Shown: positions 51,420-59,779 of the stretch, in pieces | How positions within the stretch are numbered: the first letter of the stretch is position 1 | Layout of the letters: each line of letters starts with the position of its first letter | Source: an uncultured Chloroflexia bacterium | GTDB lineage: Bacteria > Chloroflexota > Limnocylindria > Limnocylindrales > CSP1-4 | Assembly (NCBI GenBank): GCA_963720755.1 | Contig: CAVRGP010000002.1 | Span: 256,001 to 320,000, forward strand | Length of the DNA stretch: 64,000 nt | Direction of reading: 5' to 3' | Notes under the pieces: generated by a model | Told to the model about the DNA's origin: nothing | The model's input: only the letters and a program-made list of their open reading frames with translations | The model's database searches: none | Translations under genes and position numbers: made by a program

Positions 51420-51641
51420 TCAGCCATCCGACTTCGTCAAGGCCGCCGGCTTGTGCACCGCGTCCTTGCCGGATTTGTCGCTCTCCACCAGGTACTGCGG
51501 ATGGCCCTTGTCTGCCTTGACCTTTCGGCCGCCGGCCACGGTGTCGGAGGTGATCTTCTCCTGCACCGTGCCCTCGGTGGTCGTGCCGTGCGTCTGCCAG
51601 GTCACCTTGTTGCCCGGGCGAAGTTCCTCGTCGTTTGCCAT
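51420..51641 (-). CDS. DUF2945 (Hva1-like) small protein
   Basis: GNKVTWQT, PQYLVESDKSGKDAVHKPAAL. Confidence 0.85.
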   Translation of the reverse strand: MANDEELRPGNKVTWQTHGTTTEGTVQEKITSDTVAGGRKVKADKGHPQYLVESDKSGKDAVHKPAALTKSDG

Positions 51642-51713
51642 GGCTGCTTGATTCCCACTCTCGGCCGAGCCAACCCGCACCCGGCCGCCGGCTTGCCACC
51701 TGCGACGCAGGTG

Positions 51714-51733
51714 GTGGGTCAGGTGGGACTCGA
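51714..51733 (-). repeat. Degenerate copy of the tRNA-Lys 3' end (att-like)
   Basis: GTGGGTCAGGTGGGACTCGA vs GTGGGCCCCGTGGGACTCGA at 53014-53033 (17/20). Confidence 0.55.
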
Positions 51734-52372
51734 CTACTCAGGCTGCAACCGGGCGCGCACAGCGTCGATCACGAAGTCGACGAACGCAGCGTCCAGCGGC
51801 TCGCGGGAGTACCAGCGTCGAAAGTACAAGGGTCCGCGCAGAGCCGCCACGGTCGCGGAGTGGTCTGTCCCGGAGGGTATTTCTCCTCGTTCGGCCGCTC
51901 GGTGGAGGGCAGCCCGCAATGGCGCCGCGTGCCATCGCTGGAGCGTGCTGTGCAGCTCGGCAATTTTTGGATCGCGCTCCGCGGCATCGACGATGGAGGG
52001 CAGGATGCTGGCCCAGCGTGCCGTGGACAGCAGTTCGGCCAGTTCCATCAGGATCGCGCGGACGTCGCCGTCGAAGGACCCGGTGTCAGGTGGGGCCTCG
52101 TCACCGTCCGTCATGCGCAAGCACGCGTCGACGACGAGATCCGTTCGTTCTGGCCAGTGTCGGTAGATGGTGGTCTTGGCGACCCCGGAGCGCTTGGCGA
52201 CTTCGTCGATGGTGAGTCCGCCCACGCCGGTCTCCATCAGCAGGTCGAGGGTTGCGGTGAGGACCCGCTCACGCGAGACGGCTACCCGTGGATCGGTCGA
52301 GGGCTGGCGTCGCTGGCGCGCCGGCTCCAGGACGCCGCGACGTCGGTCGCCGGCTGAGCCGCTTGGTGACAT
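51734..52372 (-). CDS. TetR/AcrR family regulator
   Basis: LTIDEVAKRSGVAKTTIYRHW, PPDTGS; RBS GGAGG. Confidence 0.92.
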   Translation of the reverse strand: MSPSGSAGDRRRGVLEPARQRRQPSTDPRVAVSRERVLTATLDLLMETGVGGLTIDEVAKRSGVAKTTIYRHWPERTDLVVDACLRMTDGDEAPPDTGSFDGDVRAILMELAELLSTARWASILPSIVDAAERDPKIAELHSTLQRWHAAPLRAALHRAAERGEIPSGTDHSATVAALRGPLYFRRWYSREPLDAAFVDFVIDAVRARLQPE

Positions 52373-52395
52373 TTCTCGGGTCCTCCTTTGAGCTG

Positions 52396-52422
52396 TTCGC
52401 TACGCTACTGTAGCGTAGTGAA
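52396..52422. promoter_or_regulatory. TetR operator between divergent tetR and VOC genes
   Basis: CTACGCTAC-T-GTAGCGTAG perfect 9-bp inverted repeat, extendable to 12/13. Confidence 0.7.
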
Positions 52423-52446
52423 TCTGTTGACAAGAAGGAGAGATCG

Positions 52447-52845
52447 ATGGACCTCGCATCCGTTCGCCTCATCACCGACAACCTGGAAGAGATGGTTCAG
52501 TTCTACGAGGTCGTCACTGGTGTGACCGCCGACCGACCTGCTCCAGTGTTCGCCGAATTCCGCTTCCACTCCTGCACTCTCGCCATCGGCCACACCAGCA
52601 CGGCCCAACTGTTCAACAACGCTGCCCGGCCGGCCGACAACCACACGGTGATTCTGGAATGGATCGTCGAGGACGTCACCGCAGAGTACGAACGATTGGC
52701 GTCCATCGTTGCCGCCTGGGAGCAGGAACCGACCCTCATGCCATGGGGTAACCGGTCGATCCTCTTCCGCGACCCGGACGGCAATCTCGTCAATCTCTTC
52801 ACACCGGAGAGCGATGAGGCGAAGAAGCGCTTTGTCCGTGCGTAG
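52447..52845 (+). CDS. VOC/glyoxalase family protein
   Basis: PWGNRSILFRDPDGNLVNLF; RBS AAGGAG. Confidence 0.92.
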   Translation: MDLASVRLITDNLEEMVQFYEVVTGVTADRPAPVFAEFRFHSCTLAIGHTSTAQLFNNAARPADNHTVILEWIVEDVTAEYERLASIVAAWEQEPTLMPWGNRSILFRDPDGNLVNLFTPESDEAKKRFVRA

Positions 52846-53014
52846 CGCAGGTGGTGCGGCAGCGAGCATGACCCGCACTGGTCGAACACCACGGGGTTCA
52901 CCGTCACCGTCCTCGACGTACCGAACGGGACGGTGCGCGGCAGCGCCGGGACCTGGCGCAGCCGGGGCCTTTGCTGTTCGAGCATGGTGGTCAAGGTGCT
53001 GACCAACAGTGACG

Positions 53015-53087
53015 TGGGCCCCGTGGGACTCGAACCCACAACCCGCGGATTAAAAGTCCGCTGCTCTGCCAATTGAGCTAGAGGCCC
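53015..53087 (-). tRNA. tRNA-Lys(TTT)
   Basis: GGGCCTC/GGGGCCC acceptor stem, GCGGA-CTTTTAA-TCCGC anticodon arm, GGTTCGAGTCC. Confidence 0.96.
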
Positions 53088-53294
53088 CTTCCGGGGTAAT
53101 GCTTGACTCCTCGGCCAGAGGTTGACCAGGAGTCGCCGGAGACGGTCCACCCGCACCCGTCGGCACGTCGGACCATGTCCGCCCATACCGTACGGCCTCC
53201 GGCCCGAAGTGCCGAACGCGGTCCGCGACGACGACGAACTCCAGGGTCAGGAGTGTCGGAGTGTCTCGGGGCCGGCGAGGTAGGGGAGGGTGAT

Positions 53295-53727
53295 GTGGTG
53301 GATGCAGAACGGGCGGAGCGGTCGGCTCGGTTGTTCGGTTTGTTGGCTCTCGTTGTTCATCGGACATCGCAGGACGCCGCCGCCATCTTGCGCCGGGAAG
53401 GGCTGAACCCAGCTCAATTTCAATTGCTGCTGGCGATCCGCAACCATCCCGGGCGGTGCCCAGCGAGAATTCGGTGAGCGGTTTGGGGTCACCGGCGGCA
53501 ACGTCTCCATGTTGGTGTCCAAGCTGACAGCTGCCGGATTGGTGCGCAGGGAGGCCCGAGGTGCCGCGAATCGGATCTGGCTCACTGCAGCCGGAACGGA
53601 CCTTGTTGCCCGGCTGGAACCGCAGCAGGACGCATTCATGGCTGATCGCTTCCGAGGACTGACCGACGGCGAAATCGGCGAGATGGAGCGGCTTGCAGAA
53701 CTCACTGTGCAGGGCTTGACAGCCTGA
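53295..53727 (+). CDS. MarR family regulator (frameshift ~53458)
   Basis: GLNPAQFQLLL, QREFGERFGVTGGNVSMLVSKLTAAGLVRR. Confidence 0.8.
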
Positions 53728-53769
53728 TATTCAGTGCTTAACATTGCGCATATGTTAAGCACTGAATAT
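53716..53769 (+). promoter_or_regulatory. Sigma70-type leaderless promoter overlapped by an 18-bp perfect inverted repeat
   Basis: TTGACA-N17-TAACAT-N7-ATG; ATATTCAGTGCTTAACAT (53727-53744) / ATGTTAAGCACTGAATAT (53752-53769). Confidence 0.8.
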
Positions 53770-54236
53770 TCGTGGTCTGCCCTCCGACGTGGGCTCGGCC
53801 ACCGAGCACTGGTGGGAACCGCGGCGGCCGTCATAGGGATCAGCGCCTGCTTCGCCATCGCGTCGATGACCGGTGCGGCCCTGACGGTTGCCGTCCGCGA
53901 CGCCACCGCGACCCCGGTGCCGGTCGGGGCGGGCGTCGTCGCGACTCGCCGCGGGCGGAGGCGCCTATCTGTTCGCTCGGCTGGCAGGCCGGGCCGGCCG
54001 TCCGCGACGGGTCTTCCTCCTGGTGACCATGGCCGGCCTGCTGGCCAGTGCGGTGCCGCCGCTGCAGGCGGCGACCACCGCCTCGACGGCGAGCTGGTTG
54101 TTGGTGATGCACGCTGTCGCGGCCCTCGCGCTGGTGCCGGTCGTGGCACTCGGACTGCCATCGATCCGGCCGGACGGTGGGCACGCTCCGCCCGCGGGCA
54201 CCCAGTTCGCCCGCCGATCAGGCGGACGGCCGGTGA
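53752..54236 (+). CDS. DUF6069-like membrane protein (frameshifted, end approximate)
   Basis: RPRRVFLLV, LASAVPPL, WLLVMHAVAA pattern, about 4 TM. Confidence 0.55.
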
Positions 54237-55075
54237 CCGCGGCCGCCCGGCGAGCCAACCGGGTCAACCGGGTCCACCGGGTCAACCAACTATGGCGAAT
54301 GGTCACCGGCGATCGCTCGCGCCAGGTCCTGACCCTCACGGCGGCCGCCGCCCAGGTGCTGCTCCCCACCTTGTGGGGTCCGCATTCGCCGAGGATGAGC
54401 AGCCGCCGAATGTTGTTCAGCCCGCGCCGTACACGTTCGCCGTGTGGTTGCCGATCTTCGCGAGCTCCCTGGGATACGCGGGCCTGCAAGCGCGGGAGAG
54501 CGGCCGCGACGATGAACTGATGCGCGCCATCGGGTGGCCACTGGCCGGGGCATTTGCCAGCACAGGTGTGTGGGCACCGTTGGTCAGGACAGGGAAGTAC
54601 TGGTCGGCCCAGGCCGCGCTGGTGGGGATCGCGGCAGTTGCGGAGACGGCTCGTCGTCGCGTCGGACGAGCCGGGCCACCGACAACAGATCGGGCCGTCG
54701 ACGCCGCGAGCACGCTCACGGCCGGAATGTTGGCGGCGTGGGGAGTCACCGCGACGGGGGTCAACCTCGCCTCCATGCTGGCCAGCAAGGGAGTGACTCC
54801 CGGCTGGGAGCCGCCGAACCGGCGCTGCTGTGGGATTGCTGCTGGGCCTGGGTGTCGCCGGCGCGACCGCGATCAGGTCAACCGGGGCCGGCCCGGTCAG
54901 CGAGGTGTACGCCGGCACCCTGATCTGGGGCCTGGCCGGCGTCATTGCCGGGCAACGGAAGCGATCACCGATCGCGGCGATCGCCGCCGGCACCGCCATG
55001 GTTCCGATCGTGGCCGCCGCAATTCGTCGGCCGCCTTGGACACAGCAAACCCCGCGGGGAGAACCTGCAGGGTGA
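54233..55075 (+). CDS. TspO/tryptophan-rich-sensory-like membrane protein (frameshifted)
   Basis: VQPAPYTFAVWLPIF, AIGWPL, AAWGVTAT.VN, YAGTLIWGLAGV. Confidence 0.6.
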
Positions 55076-55126
55076 GCGGAACGACGCGACCCAGCGAGTG
55101 GGTTTTTCCAGGTGACCGTCCCGTGA

Positions 55127-56266
55127 TCAGTGCTGAGGATCGGAGCCGACGATCACCACCGGGCAGCCGCTGTGGGTGATCAGGGCCTGGCTGGTGGAAC
55201 CCAGCAGCATGCCCGCAAACCCACCCCGGCCGCGACTGCCGACCACGACCAGTTGAGCGGTCCGGCTGTGGTCCAGCAGCGCCGGGACCGGCCGACGACG
55301 GACCACCTCTTGGTGGATCTTCACCTCCGGGTATTTCTCGCCCCAACCAGCCAAACGATCGGCGAGCAACACACGCTCCTGCTTTTCGATCGCGGCCGGG
55401 TCCACCCACACCGGCTGAACCGGGAACGCACCATTGCTGACGGTGTCATTCCAGGAATGCACCGCGATCAGATCCGAGTGACGCAGTGCCGCGGCTTCGA
55501 AGGCGAACGCAACAGCTGCGTCACTGGTGTGGGACCAGTCGACGCCGACGACGACAGGGCCCGTTGTCTTCGCGATCTGGCCCGGGCCGATCACCGCGAC
55601 AGGGGCCGGATTCATACTGGCGAGCGCCAAAGCGACGGATCCGAAGATCACACCCGTCACTCGACTCGCCGCATGTGCGCCGATGACAGTCAGTCGGGCA
55701 CCCTCGGATTCCTGCCGGAGGGCTGACACCGCGTCGCCTCGGGCCAACACCATGCTGAGTTCCAGGGCCGGATCGGTTGTCCGGAGTGCGCTGGCCACGT
55801 CTGCCAGCATTTCCTTTCCCTGTTCGCCGAGCAACGTATCGAGATCATCCAGAACCGGGCCGACTTTCCAGTACCCGGTGACGGGCACCGCGTGCACCAG
55901 GCGCAGCGCGGCATGCCGACGACCGGCCTCCGCCGCTGCCCACTCGACGACAGCGGGCGACATCTCTGATCCGTCCAACCCGGCGACGACCAGATTTGGT
56001 CGCCACCCTTTCGCCGCACTGGCCGCCGCTGGTGATTCGGCCGAAAGACCCTCCGCCGTGCCGGTTCTGCCGCCCGTCGAATCATTGACGTCAAAGGGGG
56101 GTGGGGACGATTGACCTGCTGTCGCCACGTCTGTCGCGTGACCGGCGTGCTCAGCCGCGACCAGGTACCGCTGCAGTGCCATCTCATGGATCGAGACCGC
56201 GGCGAAGGAGCTACCCGCTGCGTCACGAGCATCTACTGCGGCTCTGTGTGCCTCATAGCCGGTCAT
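55127..56266 (-). CDS. Tandem-domain universal stress protein with N-terminal extension
   Basis: VVAGLDGS, FGSVA, VVVGVD, VVGSRGRGGFAGMLLGSTS, CPVVIV; start uncertain. Confidence 0.9.
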   Translation of the reverse strand: MTGYEAHRAAVDARDAAGSSFAAVSIHEMALQRYLVAAEHAGHATDVATAGQSSPPPFDVNDSTGGRTGTAEGLSAESPAAASAAKGWRPNLVVAGLDGSEMSPAVVEWAAAEAGRRHAALRLVHAVPVTGYWKVGPVLDDLDTLLGEQGKEMLADVASALRTTDPALELSMVLARGDAVSALRQESEGARLTVIGAHAASRVTGVIFGSVALALASMNPAPVAVIGPGQIAKTTGPVVVGVDWSHTSDAAVAFAFEAAALRHSDLIAVHSWNDTVSNGAFPVQPVWVDPAAIEKQERVLLADRLAGWGEKYPEVKIHQEVVRRRPVPALLDHSRTAQLVVVGSRGRGGFAGMLLGSTSQALITHSGCPVVIVGSDPQH

Positions 56267-56321
56267 CGTGAGTCCTCTCCGCCGAACATGCGGTGCACTG
56301 CCAAGGCGAGCATCATCGGGC

Positions 56322-56351
56322 CGGCCAAAGGTCACCAGAGGCGAAAGACCC
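56322..56351. promoter_or_regulatory. Pair of DosR/DevR-box-like sites upstream of USP
   Basis: CGGCCAAAGGTCAC and GAGGCGAAAGACCC vs GGGNCNWWNGNCCC. Confidence 0.45.
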
Positions 56352-56401
56352 GGCCGATGGAACGCGCGCGGCGGGTTGATTCCTGAAATGGCTCAGCCCG
56401 G

Positions 56402-56860
56402 TCACGCGTCGAAGTGACTGACAATGTTCACCTTGCCGGGTGCAGGACTTCCCGCCCGGGCATCGTGGACGGGCGTGATCCGGACCCAGTTGTTCCGCTC
56501 AGCGAGGTCGGCCCACGGTGACACACCCAGCAGGTTCAATCGCTTCACCTCTTCCTGCCCCTCGACCCAGCCGGCCGTCCCGCGGATCAGCACGCTCGAA
56601 CCCGTACGCAACGCCGCGTCGTACTCTTCGACTTCGAAGGCCATCGCCAGCTCGCCGTCGGCGGCGGTGAGCTTGGCGCCCGGCGCCGTTCGAAACACCA
56701 CTGCATCGCCGTCCAGTCCGTGGTTGACGGGCAGAATCACCAGTTCGCCGTCGTCGATGTAGGCGATCCGACCGACCGCTGCAGCGCGAACCCGGCGTAG
56801 GCATTCCGCCGGCGACAGGATGCCGAGCCCTGATCGGTCCAGCGGGAGTGATGTTGACAC
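56402..56860 (-). CDS. Pyridoxamine 5'-phosphate oxidase-like protein (Rv0080-like)
   Basis: LSPAECL, VGRIAY, ILPVNH, VVFRTAPGAKL, AFEVE, SVLIRG; possible C-terminal frameshift. Confidence 0.85.
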   Translation of the reverse strand: MSTSLPLDRSGLGILSPAECLRRVRAAAVGRIAYIDDGELVILPVNHGLDGDAVVFRTAPGAKLTAADGELAMAFEVEEYDAALRTGSSVLIRGTAGWVEGQEEVKRLNLLGVSPWADLAERNNWVRITPVHDARAGSPAPGKVNIVSHFDA

Positions 56861-57059
56861 GGTCGACCTCCGGGAAGTGGGTGACAGCACCGGTCGTGCT
56901 GTGCTGTGTTGCGAATTCCTCCGGGAGAAATCCGCTGGTCCTGTGGCGCGAATGGTGAGAAACGCCTGCCGCCCCGTCGTCAAGAACCCTCACAATGGTG
57001 GTGTCCGTGGCAACCCGCGAACCGCCCCCGAAAGGTCCGCGGACACCTCACGTGGCCGC

Positions 57060-57287
57060 TCAGCACCCGATACCGTCGGCCGCCGGGTGAATCAAGTGGT
57101 GGGACTCCAGGTGCGCGTCCGGCGGGGGAAAGACCACCGAAACGTGGTCGTCGTCCAGCCAGCGAACGCGGAACGGCGGCGTTCCATCCGGATGCATCAG
57201 GGCAACGACCTGCCCGCGGCGGCTGTGGCTCTCCCCGGGCGCAGGCGGCACCACGAGCCAGTCACCCTCCCGTGCATCGGTGATCAT
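57060..57287 (-). CDS. DUF1918 domain protein (Rv0569-like)
   Basis: GDWLVV, RRGQV, DGTPPFRVRWLDDDHVSVVFPPPDA. Confidence 0.8.
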   Translation of the reverse strand: MITDAREGDWLVVPPAPGESHSRRGQVVALMHPDGTPPFRVRWLDDDHVSVVFPPPDAHLESHHLIHPAADGIGC

Positions 57288-57354
57288 GAGTTGCCGACTC
57301 GGATTTCATGGATACGCATCGACCGATGGTGACGGTAGGGCTCGGCCGGGAGTG

Positions 57355-57368
57355 GGGGCTTATGGCCC
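57355..57368. promoter_or_regulatory. DosR/DevR-box-like site upstream of DUF1918
   Basis: GGGGCTTATGGCCC matches GGGNCNWWNGNCCC at all fixed positions. Confidence 0.5.
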
Positions 57369-57762
57369 GTCTCTCACAACCTCGGTCTTTGCTTCAACGG
57401 GAATCGCCCGGGCACCCACGTCAGGCGGCAGGTGCGCCGGGCCGCCCAGTGCCTGTCTGCGGGCACCGCACCCGCTCGACGAATCGTGCCGGGCTTCCGG
57501 GAGACAGGTTTGCCGACTCATTCCGTTCATCTATCAGAAGTATGCTCGAAGGACCTGCCGTGACCGGCTCCGTCGCTCACTGCAGGTAGTTCCGATTCGG
57601 CTGCGCCTCGCTCCGAAAGCCCTGCATCGCAACTCGTTTGGCACGTGCACCCACCGGACGGCGGCGGGAGTGTCGGATGGCCCAAAGATTTCCTCTCTGG
57701 TCGGGGCCAACAGCTTTCACGGGTGAGTGCTCGGCGAAATACGATGGTTTGTGAGGGTTGAG

Positions 57763-58536
57763 ATGCGTATCGATGTGGAAAACCTCAATGTCTATTATGG
57801 GGATTTTCTGGCGGTCGAGGGGGCCGAAATCTCCATCGCACCGCAGACAGTCACCGCCTTTATCGGACCTTCCGGGTGCGGGAAATCCACCGTGCTGCGG
57901 ACCCTGAACCGGATGCACGAGGTCATCCTCGGTGGGTGGCTGACCGGAGCCGTGCGCCTGGATGGCAACGACCTCTACGGTCCGGGGGTTGACCCCGTCA
58001 ACGTCCGACGGACCATCGGAATGGTATTCCAACAACCCAACCCCTTCCCCACCATGACCGTGTACGAAAATGTGGCCGCCGGGTACACGCTGGCCGGGAC
58101 CAGAAAATCCAGGAAAGACTTGGACGGCATCGTCGAAGAGTCCCTGAAACGGGCGAACCTGTGGGAAGAGGTCAAACACCGATTGCACAGTCCCGGTGCT
58201 GGCTTGTCCGGCGGGCAGCAACAACGGCTGTGTATCGCCCGGGCGATCGCGGTTGAACCCACAGTGCTGCTGATGGACGAACCCTGCTCCGCGTTGGACC
58301 CCATTTCAACCCTGGCGATCGAGGACCTGATCGGGGAATTGAAGGCCAGCTACACCATCGTCATCGTGACCCACAACATGCAGCAGGCGGCCCGGATCTC
58401 CGACCAGACCGCGTTCTTCAACCTCGCAGGCGTCGGCGAACCCGGTCATCTCATCGAACACGACGACACGAAAAAGATCTTCTCCACCCCCCGGATCCAG
58501 GCCACCGAGGATTACATTTCCGGACGCTTCGGCTGA
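57763..58536 (+). CDS. pstB: Phosphate ABC transporter ATP-binding protein (orphan)
   Basis: [41 protein letters not shown]. Confidence 0.93.
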   Translation: MRIDVENLNVYYGDFLAVEGAEISIAPQTVTAFIGPSGCGKSTVLRTLNRMHEVILGGWLTGAVRLDGNDLYGPGVDPVNVRRTIGMVFQQPNPFPTMTVYENVAAGYTLAGTRKSRKDLDGIVEESLKRANLWEEVKHRLHSPGAGLSGGQQQRLCIARAIAVEPTVLLMDEPCSALDPISTLAIEDLIGELKASYTIVIVTHNMQQAARISDQTAFFNLAGVGEPGHLIEHDDTKKIFSTPRIQATEDYISGRFG

Positions 58537-58646
58537 CACCTGTCCGGCCCTGAAGGCGTTCCGGGTGCCAGCCGGAACCATCGTTCTGGGCGACCGCCGC
58601 GCGACAACAGGCAGACGTTCACCCAGGAGGGCAAATGCTCACAGGT

Positions 58647-58770
58647 ATGAACGGCGGTGATACCGCCACGGTCACCGGTCGCGTGTGGCGCGACGGCAAC
58701 ATGGTGATGGAGAACTGCGCGGCCGAGCTGATCCCGGACCTTCTCGACGAACCTGGCTGTCTGGTGCTGA
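58647..58770 (+). pseudogene. Possible N-terminal remnant of an actinobacterial CorA-like gene
   Basis: VTGRVWRDG...IPDLLDEPGCLV resembles CorA N-termini, then the sequence loses coding character. Confidence 0.3.
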
Positions 58771-59029
58771 CCGCATACGCCACCCGGCTGCAGGCGAACG
58801 ATGACCTGCTCGAACATGGGGTCCAGCGCCGGACCTATCAGGTCCGCACGGACCACCGACCGGCTGTGATCGATCCCTGCTGCCGCTGGCCGAACCTGAG
58901 GGAGCAATCGTATCCTCTGGGCGCGAATCTGTTGCATCGCAGTTCATCTCCATCTACGACGCAACCAAAGGCCAGCCCGGTCGGCCATCTCCAGGGGTTC
59001 GATCATCGCCGCGGCGATCGGACGGGACG

Positions 59030-59779
59030 GTGACAACCCGGCAGGTGTTGGGCCTGCCGGACCAGGTGCGGGCGTGTCTGTTTGATCTCGATGGCGTGCT
59101 GACGCAGACGGCCTCGGTACACGCCGCAGCCTGGAAGGAGATGTTCGACGACTTTCTGCGCAAGCGCTGCGGGGACACGTTCCAACCCTTTGACGCTGTC
59201 GCTGACTATGACAAGTACGTCGACGGTCGGCCGCGGGCCGATGGGACCCGGTCCTTCCTGCTATCGCGTGGGATCGGGCTGCCCGAAGGTTCGCCCGCTG
59301 ACCTGCCGAAGTTGTCGACCGTGAACGGCCTGAGCAACCGCAAGAACGAGTTGGTGCTGCATCGCATCGATACCGATGGTGTACAGGCATTTCCGGGATC
59401 GGTGCGGTACGTGCAGGCGGTCCGTGCCGGCGGTCTGCGCACCGGAGTGGTTTCCTCCAGCGCAAACTGCCGACAGGTGCTCCTGGCAGCGGGCATCGGG
59501 GAACTCTTCGACGTCCGGATCGACGCGCTCATCGCCTCTACCGAGGGTTTACGGGGCAAACCAGCACCGGACACCTTTCTCGCTGCCGCCCATGCCTTGC
59601 GGCTGCGGCCCGACGAGGGGGCCGTCTTCGAGGATTCGCTCGCCGGGGTCGAGGCCGGACGGACCGGTGGGTTCGGGTTCGTCGTCGGAGTCGACCGGGT
59701 CGGCCAAGCGGACGCGTTACGCCGGCACGGCGCCGATGTCGTCGTCATTGACCTGGCGATGCTGCTCGGCAGAAGCTGA
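59030..59779 (+). CDS. HAD hydrolase, beta-phosphoglucomutase family (Rv3400-like)
   Basis: LFDLDGVLT, VVSSS, GKPAPDTF, FEDSLAGV. Confidence 0.92.
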   Translation: MTTRQVLGLPDQVRACLFDLDGVLTQTASVHAAAWKEMFDDFLRKRCGDTFQPFDAVADYDKYVDGRPRADGTRSFLLSRGIGLPEGSPADLPKLSTVNGLSNRKNELVLHRIDTDGVQAFPGSVRYVQAVRAGGLRTGVVSSSANCRQVLLAAGIGELFDVRIDALIASTEGLRGKPAPDTFLAAAHALRLRPDEGAVFEDSLAGVEAGRTGGFGFVVGVDRVGQADALRRHGADVVVIDLAMLLGRS

